Notes under the pieces: model-generated
What the model saw: the letters and a program-made list of their open reading frames with translations, nothing else
The model's database searches: none
Told to the model about the DNA's origin: nothing
Shown here: positions 1 to 9,976 of the stretch, in pieces
Layout of the letters: the number at the start of each line of letters is the position of its first letter
How positions within the stretch are numbered: position 1 is the first letter of the stretch
Made by a program: the position numbers and the translations under genes
NCBI GenBank assembly: GCA_965644265.1
Contig: OZ286467.1
Coordinates: 45,756,001 to 45,820,000 of the forward strand
DNA length: 64,000 bases
Origin: Glycera tridactyla
Lineage: Eukaryota
Direction of reading: 5' to 3'

Positions 1-467
1 AAAATCGTGAACCCTTTGCCCGAGGAGTATTGGCTGGATACAGGCCGTTTGGATGATGCAAAATCCCCCCCCCCCCCCCACACACACACATCTAACACCA
101 TCTCTGGAAGTTCTCTCTGCATTGGGAGTATTTGCCAGGTCTGTACTTTTCCTGGTTGGATTTCCAGAAGATCTGCTGGTTGGTTCGATAAAAACCTGCT
201 TCGAGAGATTCTGTGGGTGGGCATCGAATGTATATTACGTAGTCAGTTGGAGAGCGTTGTTGTGTGGGTAATGCTTTTGTAAGAACCATAGTCATTCAGG
301 AGTAGGTTGACTATTATTACCTCACCGTCCTCATCATAAAGCTACAGCGTGAATACATCATAGAGCTTGTGTGAATACAAGGAACTAAATTTCTCGAACT
401 CAGTCCCGTTATCCTCTATATCGAGGGAGGAATTGATCGCATAGTCCCTCTCCTGAATATGTTGCAG

Positions 468-566
468 ATAAGGTGTACCTGGTCGACTATGAATTCGCTG
501 GTTTTGATTACGTTGTGCTAGATCTTGCCTTTTTCCTCAGATGTGGCATCTATCGTAATTGCTTTG
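468..566 (+). CDS. Choline/ethanolamine kinase-like paralog A, internal exon (DxE / choline-kinase motif exon)
   Basis: ttgcag|...|gttagt, 99 bp, phase 1/1. Translates (D)KVYLVDYEFAGFDYVVLDLAFFLRCGIYRNCF, matching ETNK-type 'VQFIDYEYSGYNYLAYDIG'. Same length and phase as paralog B exon 23862-23960. Confidence 0.9.
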
Positions 567-759
567 GTTAGTATGACGTCATCATAATCAGTATGTGTAT
601 TGACGTCACCATAAACGTGACGTCTACTGACCACGCTGCCCCCTATACCTTCACAGACACCCCCACCACCCACCACCTCATAGACCAAACACCACCGCCT
701 TAACCTCCTAGGGGAGCAACATGGAGAAATGGTAGCGTCTTCACACTTTACCCAAATGT

Positions 760-1340
760 AAAAGGATTGTAGCTGTCTTGATGGATGCTAATCTTGACTT
801 TCAACCCACTCTCTACAGCAAGTAAATAAAGCACACAGAATCCTGGGACTCATTAGAAGAGGGTTCACCCATCTTGACAGGGAAATATTCAAGCAATTGT
901 TCACCACCATTGTTAGAACCCAACTGGAATACTTTACAGCTGTCACATCCCCAATGTTCAAAACAGATTTTGATCTACTCATGTCTGTCCTTCAAAGGGG
1001 AAATAAACTTATCCCTGGCCTATGAAACAAACCATTTAAATTAAGATTAAGAGGGCTAGACATCCCCAGCATGACCTACCGCAGCCTGAGGGGAGACTTA
1101 ATAGAAGCCTGGAAGATACTGCGCCACAAATAAACCATCGATAGGGACATCCTTTCTCTCAGCCAATTATTAGTTACCCGAGGCCCTTGAATTAGCCAAA
1201 CCATCACATAACCACCAAATCCGAAAGCACTTCTCCCACAAGATAGTGAACACTTGGAACAGCCTCCTCAAAACCATCGCCGACGCCCCTTCAAAAAACA
1301 GATTCGACAAACACCTCAAACATTATATGCACTCACAAAC
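760..1340 (+). mobile_element. CR1-clade non-LTR retrotransposon, degenerate 3' RT fragment (intron of paralog A)
   Basis: Translates VNKAHRILGLIRRGFTHLDREIFKQLFTTIVRTQLEY...RSLRGDLIEAWKIL, a typical CR1 RT C-terminus, with stops and frameshifts. Confidence 0.8.
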
Positions 1341-1659
1341 CATGAGTGTGCCATGCTATTTGTTGCTATATTCCGTATAAATGAGCAGCAGACAGGCTCC
1401 ACAGCCTTATGGTCTGAAAAGGATACACCAGAGTGTCAATGACACCGAAGTTCATCTGGTCCTGTATCGGTACATGCATACCAATACTAATCGCAGATTT
1501 TTGAATGAGGCTCATTGAGTAGGACACACAACCATGAATGTATACATGAATGCATGTACACACACATACACACAAACTCTTACTATATAGGTACCCAATA
1601 CACACACTCACCAATCATTTAGAAGAAAAATCGAAAAAAAAAAATCTTTCCCGAATTCA

Positions 1660-2365
1660 ATCAGGCTAGTCGAGTAGACAAAATGAATGAATTCATAACA
1701 CAGGTGAGAACAACAAAGACATTGTCAGTTATGGAGAATGTTACATAACAATGAAAGCAAGGTCATTAGAAGTGTCGTTCATTACCTGGAGGTCTCACAA
1801 AATACAAAGTGAATGGGTCTCGTCAATTTCTGCTAAAAGGCTTGTACACAAATGTAATCCAAATAGCATAATTACCAGGTTGTGAACAAGAACGTCACAC
1901 AAGTTTAATGCACAATGCATTTTTCTCGTTAATGAACAAAATCAGAATGAAAATCCATCGAGAATTGAGGGAGGAATCATAGTTCCAGTGCTTCTCAGAT
2001 AATGAGTCAATTAACTTGGTCACCCAGTCGTTAAGAAGAATTGACCAACTTTTGTGTGCAATGCTTGTATCTCACCAATGAAATAGACAGGATCGATATC
2101 CATTGAGGATTGAGGGGGGGGGGGGGTACGATTTTAGTGATTCTTGGATGATTACCTAATTGACATATTTAACAAGTCGTTAAGGAAAATCTCACACAAA
2201 ATGCGATCAAGTTATGTGTGCAATCATTGGTTCTGACCAATAAAACAATCAGAATCAAAATCCATTGAGAAATGACGGAGGAGATACAATGTCTGAAGTG
2301 TGGACGGCGACGGACGACGCGCGATTGCATAAGCACATCAACTTTTGGCCAGATGAGGTAATGCT
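1660..2365 (+). mobile_element. Probable non-autonomous Helentron-like (HINE/DINE-type) element with internal ~150-bp tandem repeats
   Basis: Three diverged units (core 'aaaatccattgagaattgagggagga' near 1950, 2100, 2257) followed by a gacgg microsatellite and a terminal hairpin-like 'agcacatc...gatgaggtaa'. The 5' boundary is uncertain. Confidence 0.45.
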
Positions 2366-2505
2366 ATATCATATGGAACCCATGGACACCCTGTGTCGTT
2401 GTTGTTGTTGTTGTTGTTGTGTTTTTCTATAGTGTTATTGTTGTCGTTGTGAATGTTTGTTGTTTAACGAGTTGTTTACTTTCTTGATTTGATTGATATT
2501 GACAG

Positions 2506-2663
2506 CGCATTGTACCACTAAAGAGACCCGGATGTCTGACGCACAGACAAGGGACCTGATAAGATACTACCTGGAACGACGGAACACTCGGCGAGGTCAT
2601 CCACGATTGGTTGGCGCTGATGACATTGAGCTGACCTTAGTCGAGATACAGATAGCCTCTCTG
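2506..2663 (+). CDS. Choline/ethanolamine kinase-like paralog A, internal exon
   Basis: gacag|...|gtgggt, 158 bp, phase 1/0. (A)HCTTKETRMSDAQTRDLIRYYLERRNTRRGHPRLVGADDIELTLVEIQIASL aligns to paralog B exon 25318-25478 and to the ETNK 'WLRAYL' helix region. Confidence 0.85.
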
Positions 2664-2735
2664 GTGGGTCATCCCCGAATGTTTTCTCTGGTTGGTTGTA
2701 TGTTTCACGTACCGAGGGCACCGTCTGGGTTATAT

Positions 2736-2841
2736 TGCAACGTTAGGCGAACTTACCTTAGTGTAGGTTGAGGAGCATTATACTTAGTGTGTCCCTTCTC
2801 AGTCTTTTAGAGCTCATATGAATAGAGAGGCCTGCGCATGC
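2736..2841 (-). repeat. DIRS right ITR (2789-2841) plus 3' terminal extension (2736-2788)
   Basis: gtgtcccttctcagtc...atatgaatagagaggcctgcgcatgc is the inverted copy of 9925-9976. 2736-2814 is the reverse complement of 2938-3016 (74/79 identical). Confidence 0.92.
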
Positions 2842-2937
2842 GTGAAACACCTTTGGAAGCTGCGGACGTCACTTGTGCAGACAAGAAAAACTTAGAGCTA
2901 ATATCCCGGGTGGGCCAAAAAAACGGGTGGGGATATT

Positions 2938-3060
2938 AGCTCAAAAAGACTGAGAAGGGACACACTAAGTATAATGCTCCTCAACCTACACTAAGGTAGG
3001 TTCGCTTAACATCGCATTTTACCAAAGTGTCCCTTCTCAGTCTTACGACCTAATATGAAT
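2938..3060 (-). repeat. DIRS internal complementary region (ICR)
   Basis: 2938-3016 mirrors the element 3' end (5 mismatches) and 3020-3060 is a 41/41 reverse complement of 9943-9983 (element 5' end), joined head to tail like a circle junction. Confidence 0.92.
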
Positions 3061-3674
3061 CTTGGAAGGTCTGACCAGTGACGTACGCCCACCATTTACC
3101 ACAATTCCAGGCGCATACCTCCTACCCTCACCTAATCCACTCAATCAGGCGGGAAAAATATGCCAGCACTGGCGGTACGGCACCACCCTAGTTATAGTAA
3201 CACCTCCACACTAGCCGTACTGCCACTACCCAATAGTAGTAATAGCCCAAGCACCAATCACAGTACTTCAAGACAGACATAAAAAAGTATCAAACTTTAA
3301 TCACATCTCATATCGCAACCATAGTCAAGTGTAATCTCAACACAACACAACAAAACCGTCATTCGAAAATCATTGTCCGTACCAATCTCGAAACGTCCTC
3401 ACGATCCTCAAGCACCTTGAAGGGAGAGCATAACCATGCCCCCACAAATACCAGTCCCAAGGTATGATGTCATTTTCCGGTCACAGCCCAAATAGCCGCG
3501 CCTATGATGTATTATTACCTCCAAAAAACACAGAAGCTTCGGCCAGCCTCCATCCTGCCGCATTAGCGGAGGAAAAACTAGCCCCAGAGGCTCACCACTC
3601 ATATCCTCATCGATCCTCAATGACCAGACCACCATCTTCAGTAGGGTCAAGGTTATTACCTTATCATCAAATTC

Positions 3675-4170
3675 AAGGGCCAGTTCAATCGGTACAGGGG
3701 CCGCAATTATCACAATCTTGATTCCCAAAAGTAATCCAAACAACACAAGGGCCATGATATCACAGTCAAATCATCTTTGATTCAAAAGGGCCAGTCCAAT
3801 CAGTACAAGGGCCATAATCATCGCATCTTTGATTCACAAAGCTAGTCCAATCGACATAAGGGCCATGACATCACAGTAGAATCACCAACTGTACTCATCG
3901 GTTTCTATGCGGCCAGTCCATAATCAACACAAGGGCCATAATTATCACAGTATCATTGGCATGGGCGAATTACTCATTATGATCGGCCCAGGGCCAGATC
4001 GTCCCCTGCACACTTTGGCAGGTCCAACTGCCTTCAAGACAACTACGGCCAACACAACTAGGGTCAGCACAAACTCCTAAGGGCGTGTGGCCTGCACACT
4101 CTGCCTACTACGAAAACTCTATCCAATTCGCGGCTGCAACCAAGGCCAACACGACTAGGGCCAACACAAT
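3675..4170. repeat. Degenerate ~52-65-bp repeat array in the DIRS 3' non-coding region
   Basis: Recurrent 'ggccagtccaatc..tacaagggccat' motif at about 3675, 3745, 3787, 3840 and 3910, with weaker copies at about 4048 and 4143. Confidence 0.75.
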
Positions 4171-4363
4171 AGTGCACGCCAGCAACACCAATCTCCATGG
4201 GTACCATCTGCATCGAGCCAAGTATCGGTCTTCCTGTTCCAATAATCGGCGTCAAATTGGGCCGCCCGCTCTGGCAGCATTGCAGTCCCTCGCCAGCTCG
4301 GAATCAATCCATGTCATCACACTGGTCAGCCATTCCTGCGAACAACAAAGCATACGTTATCAT

Positions 4364-5532
4364 TCAACCCCATACTGCCTGCATGAATTTGTCATGTTTG
4401 ATCAGCAACCTTTGGTAGAATTTCGCAAACCTGTCAGACGATTTCCAGTCTGCCGCTTGCAACACCCTATCAATCGGGATGAACTGAGCTGCTTTCGAGG
4501 TAGAAGCCGACCTGGCCGAGAACTTAGCGATGTCCACCCCTGCCATCTTCAAAAGATCTTTCAACCATCTGCTAATAGTTCTATTACTAGCCGCTTGGAG
4601 TGGGGGGTTGTCGTGATGAACAGCTTTGTCGACCGTCTGATATGTTCTGTCTCCCTCAAGTACCTTTCAATAGAACGCTTAGCACATATCACTTTCTCCT
4701 TGTACCTCGGAAAGTGTAGCGTGGGTGACAGTCTGTCGTGTTTTGACTGTTTGAGCTTCGCTGTAATGTCCCAGCAAATGCAGTCATCTGATATAGTCTT
4801 ATCCCCCATGTCCAGACTCGCTAGCGACTGAACTCTGTGCCCCGATGCCAGTGCCATCAGCATAGCCGTGCGTCTGGACAGGGCCTTCAGATCCCCCTCT
4901 TTCGGCTCCCCTTGGTCCCTGAGGTATGTCAGAACTGTCCTGGGGTCCCACACCCTGGCTTGGTTCACCCTGACCGGTTGCAGTTGCTTAACCCCCTGCA
5001 TTATACGGTCTATTCTGGGGCTCGTCACTTTCTTGTCAGACACTAATTCTATTAGCGTGATGACTGCCGTCTTAGCGGTACTGATTGTACTGTAAGACCC
5101 CCCTTTCTCATGTATGGACGCAATGAAATTTGCGATCACTTCTACAGGCGGATCCACCGGGTTCGCCCCCCTGCTTTCTGCGAATTCAACCCACTGCCCG
5201 AGGTATGTAGTGTACTGTTTTTTAGTGCTGCCCCGCCATGCTGAGTAAATGAGATCTCTTGCCTGCTTATCGAGTCCTGCCCTCTGCAAGACCTCGTCGA
5301 GATGACTGTACCCAAGAGGCATAGCGATTTCCAGAGCGGGTGGACTACCTCGGGGGCTCCCGGCAGCGACAGCGTTCTTCTTGTCAAAGGCAATCGCACC
5401 ACTGGTCCCACCGCCATCCTCAGTAGCTTGGCAAACCAGGTCCCCATTTCCCACCATGGGAACACCATTAAGACTTCTGCTCCCTCCATCTCGATCTTCT
5501 GTATCACTTGTGGTATGATGCTGAAAGGACAA
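4364..5532 (-). pseudogene. DIRS tyrosine recombinase (ORF3), frameshifted near 4600
   Basis: SAWRGSTKKQY...LASGHRVQSL (catalytic Arg)...LKQSK; after the frameshift ISRWLKDLLKMAGVD..FSARSASTS...AADW...FAKFY (Trp, Tyr). Overlaps the end of pol. Confidence 0.92.
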
Positions 5533-7160
5533 AATACATAAGGGCTAGTATATTCTGACCAACTGTTCCTCAACGCATTAATAGCTACTGCCCCCTCATT
5601 AAATTGAAAAGACATGAATGTGGGTACTTGTGCATTCACAGAGCTAGCAAACAAGTCAACATCAGGCCAGAAATTCAATTTCTTACACAGCCTGTCAAAA
5701 ATTTCTCCCTGCAACTTCCATTCGAGCCTGTCATCTGTTGTTCTACTAAGCCTGTCCGCAGTCACATTCTCCTCCCCTGGAATATGCTCTGCCGTCAGCC
5801 ATACATTCCTGTCTAAAGCCCACTTCCAAATGGCCCTGGCAACCTTGTTACAATTACTTGACTTTGTGCCCCCCATTTCATTAATGTAGGCCATTTTTGT
5901 GGTGTTATCAGTTTTGATCAGGACGTGCACCCCTTCGTCCTCGTTCAGCAAAGCACTCAGTCCCAATTGCACCGCCAACATTTCTTTCGCACTAATGTGC
6001 AGGTCACTCTGACGCACCGTCCACGCCCCCTTTGTGGCCATCCCTTGTTTTGTGGCATGCACTTCCAAAAAGGCACCCCACCCCTCATCCGATGCATCTA
6101 ACACTAAGTGTACCGTGACATTACGCATTAGTAGGGGCCTAGGGCAAAGGTGTGCACAATCCAACCACCACTGCACCTCATCCAGAGCTTTCGACGAGAG
6201 CACCACCCTCTTCGTCAACTTCTTCCCATGCAATTTCAGGGCCTTATTCTGCTCCACTTCAATTGCATATTTGTGGAGGTAAGAAGCAAAAACCCCGGCC
6301 CTGCACGACTCCAATGTCCCCGAAAATTGCATGACTTCCCTAATCAAAGGTTTACCCGCTAGGGGTTCTGCCCTCTGCCTTAGTCTGGCCTGCCTATCCT
6401 CAGTTATGCTAGCCATCATATTCTCACTGTCTACCCTGAAACCCAGGTGTTCCAACGATTGTGTCGGTTCTACATGTGACTTCCCTGTATTCACAGTGAA
6501 ACCCAATTTGGAGAACAATTCCACCGTGTCCTTCACAGCCGCTGAACAGCTCCCCGGCAAATTCTCCGTGATGAACATGTCATCCAAGTACGGGCTGATG
6601 GTATGCCCCTTCCCTTGCAACGTCGCCACAATCGGCTTAGTTATTTTCGTGAAGATCCTGGGTCCCATACTCAGTCCCATGGGCAGTGTCAAAAATTTAA
6701 ACACATCCCCTCCAACTGAATTTCAGAAATTTCTGGTGGGCAGGGGCAATTCGCAAAGCGTAATACGCATCCTGTAGATCCAGCGCTGCCATATAGTCCC
6801 CCTCACTCAACAGTTGCATACATGTGACCACCGTGGCCATTTTGAATTTTCTATACACAATCAACTGCTTGAGTGGCTTCAGGTTGATTATCATACGATT
6901 TTTCCCCCCTTCCTTCTTCTCTCGAAGGAACACAGATGACAGGAAATCCCCCGGTTCTCTGGTAGACCGCTCAATCACCCCTTTTTGTAAGAACTTCTGA
7001 ATCTCGCCCTCTAGAAAAGATGCCATGCCCTCTTTTACTGTCGTCTCCACCGCTTTCGTTTGAAAAGGGGTAGCTTTAAATTCGATTTCGATGCCATTTG
7101 CCACAATATCCAAAATTCTTCCATCAGAGGTGATGGATTTCCATTCACCCACACAGAGAG
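5142..7160 (-). pseudogene. DIRS pol: reverse transcriptase, RNase H and Dam-like methyltransferase domain; 1-bp frameshift near 6708
   Basis: RT: MIINLKPL, LDLQDAYY, LPMGLSMGPRIFTK, YLDD, HLGF. RNase H: DASDEGWGA, KEMLAV, TDNTT, HIPGEENVTADRLSR. MT: DLFAS...YVFCPF...FPWW...WF. WRG/DVFKF is split by a G-run deletion. Confidence 0.95.
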
Positions 7161-7198
7161 CAGTCCCCCTGCCCCGAATTGAAGAACAGATCTCACCT

Positions 7199-9612
7199 CT
7201 AGTAGTGCTGGTTTGACTTCGCGCCCGATCGCCTTCCCCTCTCCGAGTCCCCTCGGCCGTATCTCTGGTTCCGATCGCCATCGTTGTTGTACCTCCGTTG
7301 GCGACCTCCTCTGTTGTATCCGTTGTCCTGCCTCTGATTTTGTGACTTCCCGCCGGACGAAGCTCCCCGACGTCCTCGCTGTAAAAAAGAACCATCTGAT
7401 TTCTCTCCAGCCAATTTTTTTTTAGCACTGATGAACTGAGGATCTTTTCAACTTCTTTGTCTAGTTCAGTCCTGAACAAATGTTCTGTAATCTCATGCCT
7501 TTCGTCAGTCAGAGATTCCCATGTTTTATTGATAGACTCCCTCACAAACTCCCGTCTCGTGTGCAAAATCTTCGCATTTGCTACCGCCATAAGGCGCACA
7601 CACTGAAGGAGCTTCTCCAGAATCTCATGTCTATTGACCTCCTCTTTTCTCGCTAACCTCGACGCAATATTCGAGATAGGGGCCATTGCCTTGATCATTG
7701 GTTGCAAACCTCTTTCTAGTTTCTTGTCATGTCGTTTTGCTTTGCCCACTAGAACCTTGGTTATTTGATAGTTCAACGTCACAGGTCGCATGTTAAGTAC
7801 GTTCCCCGGACAGTGATGCGGCCGCATCATGTCGTTCATGTGACTCTCGTTGGGCCGTTTGACCAGCAGCGCATTCAGCACTACCCCGATATGATCATCT
7901 ATGTCTGGGCCCCGAGCCTCCTCCAGTTGGCAGTCATTTTCGAATTTGGATAGTATTTTGTCCTCATCCTGTCCTTTCGACTGACCAGTCCCCACAGTAG
8001 TCCCTCTATCCTGTGCTGTCGCCCCCGTTAACTGCATACTATTTTGTCCATCCGTCACAGTAGCCTTAGCCCCAGGAGCCCGGTGTAGATTAGCATTACC
8101 AGTCTGTAGAATAGCATTGTTCCCATCTCCCCCCATGCTAGGTTGTACAATAGCCACTCCCTGGTGCGGGACAACACTGATAGCCGTTGTCATTAGATTA
8201 GCATTAGGCGTCTGCAAACTAGACAGTGTATCAGGCTGGGGGTTGACTGTGCTAAACGGTGCTTCTGCAAATTAGACTGGATTTTCCCGTGTGCTGCAAT
8301 AGTATCGTGTGTGGGCAGTGAGGGCGTGATGGTGGGTTGGTCAGGGACATTCCCACGGGATAAGGGTCTCCCCATCCTTTTTCTCCTACAAGGACCCGCA
8401 TCCGAGGATACCTCCCCGTCCTCTGACGATGAACATAGAGAGGGTGAAAGGCCATGCTTACGTCTCTTTTGCCATTGTTTGCAACTTCCCGACGACTCCC
8501 CGCTGTCCGACGACTGCCAATCCTCCGACTCTGACGTGTTGAAGTGCAGCCTGTTCCTGCCCGACGGGCTCCTGCTCCTGACACAGAACCCTGTCCTGGG
8601 TTCCCTGCATTTGGGGCTCGGGGAACGCCTTCTCGACAACGACTTCCTATCCCTGGAACGCCTTTTCCGCTTGCCACGTCTGTCCTTGCTGCGAGAACGA
8701 CGGGACCTTGATTTGGACGAGGCCCTATCAGTTCCACTGTCTAGGCCCCTCCCTGTCTTCGCCACCAGGGCCGTCACCAGAGCTGCTGGTGCTTGGGCCG
8801 GTGTCTGGGCGGTCATGCACGCCATCCGTGCATCCATTCTCGCCATCAGGCGGTCAACAAGGCTGTCCATGGTATCCTCCAATGACAAATTTGGGGAGCA
8901 CTGGTCCGGCGGCAGCCGCGACGGAGGAATCGGCAGGGATGGCGGAGAACTAGCTACCGGCACTGCCACAAAAGTCGGGCTCACACAGACTCGTTGGCCC
9001 TCCTGAAGCATGAGGGTCGACAGCCTCGTCAGCATGGTGGACGGGGTCCTCACGTTGGATCCCTGACGGTCCTTCCATCGCATGGAAGATGTTGCGTTCC
9101 GCACCCTGACTCTCTTGCGCCACGTCGGAGTTTCCTTTCTTCTTAGAGCCTTCTCTCTTCTTTTCTTTATGATGACCCCTCTCGCTGGAGCTCGAGGCGT
9201 GGCCACTCTTCTTCTTGTGTTCAGCAGTTGAGTCACCACCCTCTTGTCTTCTTGTAGAAGATTTTCGTTCCGACGCCTTCTCTGTCTTAGGCTGGCGGAC
9301 CGGTTTGGCTTCTTCTTGTAAATTCTCCATCCTCTCTTCATCGCATCAATGGCACAACTGACAAGCAGCGTCAGCGCCGCCCAGTTTGTGTGAAACCGTG
9401 GAGCTCAAGAGACACCTCTCCTGATTGGCCCAGATGGTCACATGGTCCTCCTCCGCTAGATGCCACTCACCAATAGATCTCAAAAATCCTAACCCCTCAG
9501 GTTCGACACCCCCACTGGCGCCGGCCCGGCTGGGTACCGTGAGAACATCTCGTATAATAGCAGACAGGGAGATGGGTTGACCGTCTAATCTACCCCTCCG
9601 TCCAGCCCGCAC
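7199..9612 (-). pseudogene. DIRS gag-like ORF1, broken by a stop (9346) and frameshifts (~8960, ~8210, ~7420)
   Basis: Arg/Ser-rich N-terminal part; conserved DIRS gag core (CPGNVLNMRPVTLN...LMAVANAKILHTRREFV...TEHLFRTEL); RG-rich tail in ORF 7199-7414. Confidence 0.8.
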
Positions 9613-9924
9613 TGTGGGAACGAGACGTCTAATGTCAGCCGTCCTCCCTTCTAATCAGCCAGCCGGCGGAATAGTATGTGGAAACTCTCTGCAGGGTCCC
9701 AAAATAGCATGGAGAATTCAGAATTTCCGAATCTACCAAAAATACGTCTTCTCGTTTGTCTAAACGAACCAATCTTGGGTCACAATAAAGCTTTCGCTCT
9801 ACTGCATCCACTCATCGCACAAGTAACACGTAAACCTGAAAAAGAAAACCCTATAAGATAGGTTTTCACCCATCGACAACTAATCCAGGTGACTCACACC
9901 ATGACGCAAGTCCAAGTGATTCAT

Positions 9925-9976
9925 GCATGCGCAGGCCTCTCTATTCATATTAGGTCGTAAGACTGAGAAGGGACAC
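9925..9976 (-). repeat. DIRS left ITR
   Basis: Inverted counterpart of 2789-2841, differing only in a short central block (ttacgacctaa vs ttttagagctca). Confidence 0.92.

Noticed and set aside
3408-3755. Hydrophobic 115-aa ORF in the DIRS 3' region (possible extra or env-like ORF)
   Set aside because: It partly derives from the degenerate repeat array and has no recognisable domain. It would need conservation across copies to be believed.
4085-4831. 248-aa + strand ORF
   Set aside because: It is the antisense shadow of the DIRS recombinase and its 3' repeats, with no independent motifs.
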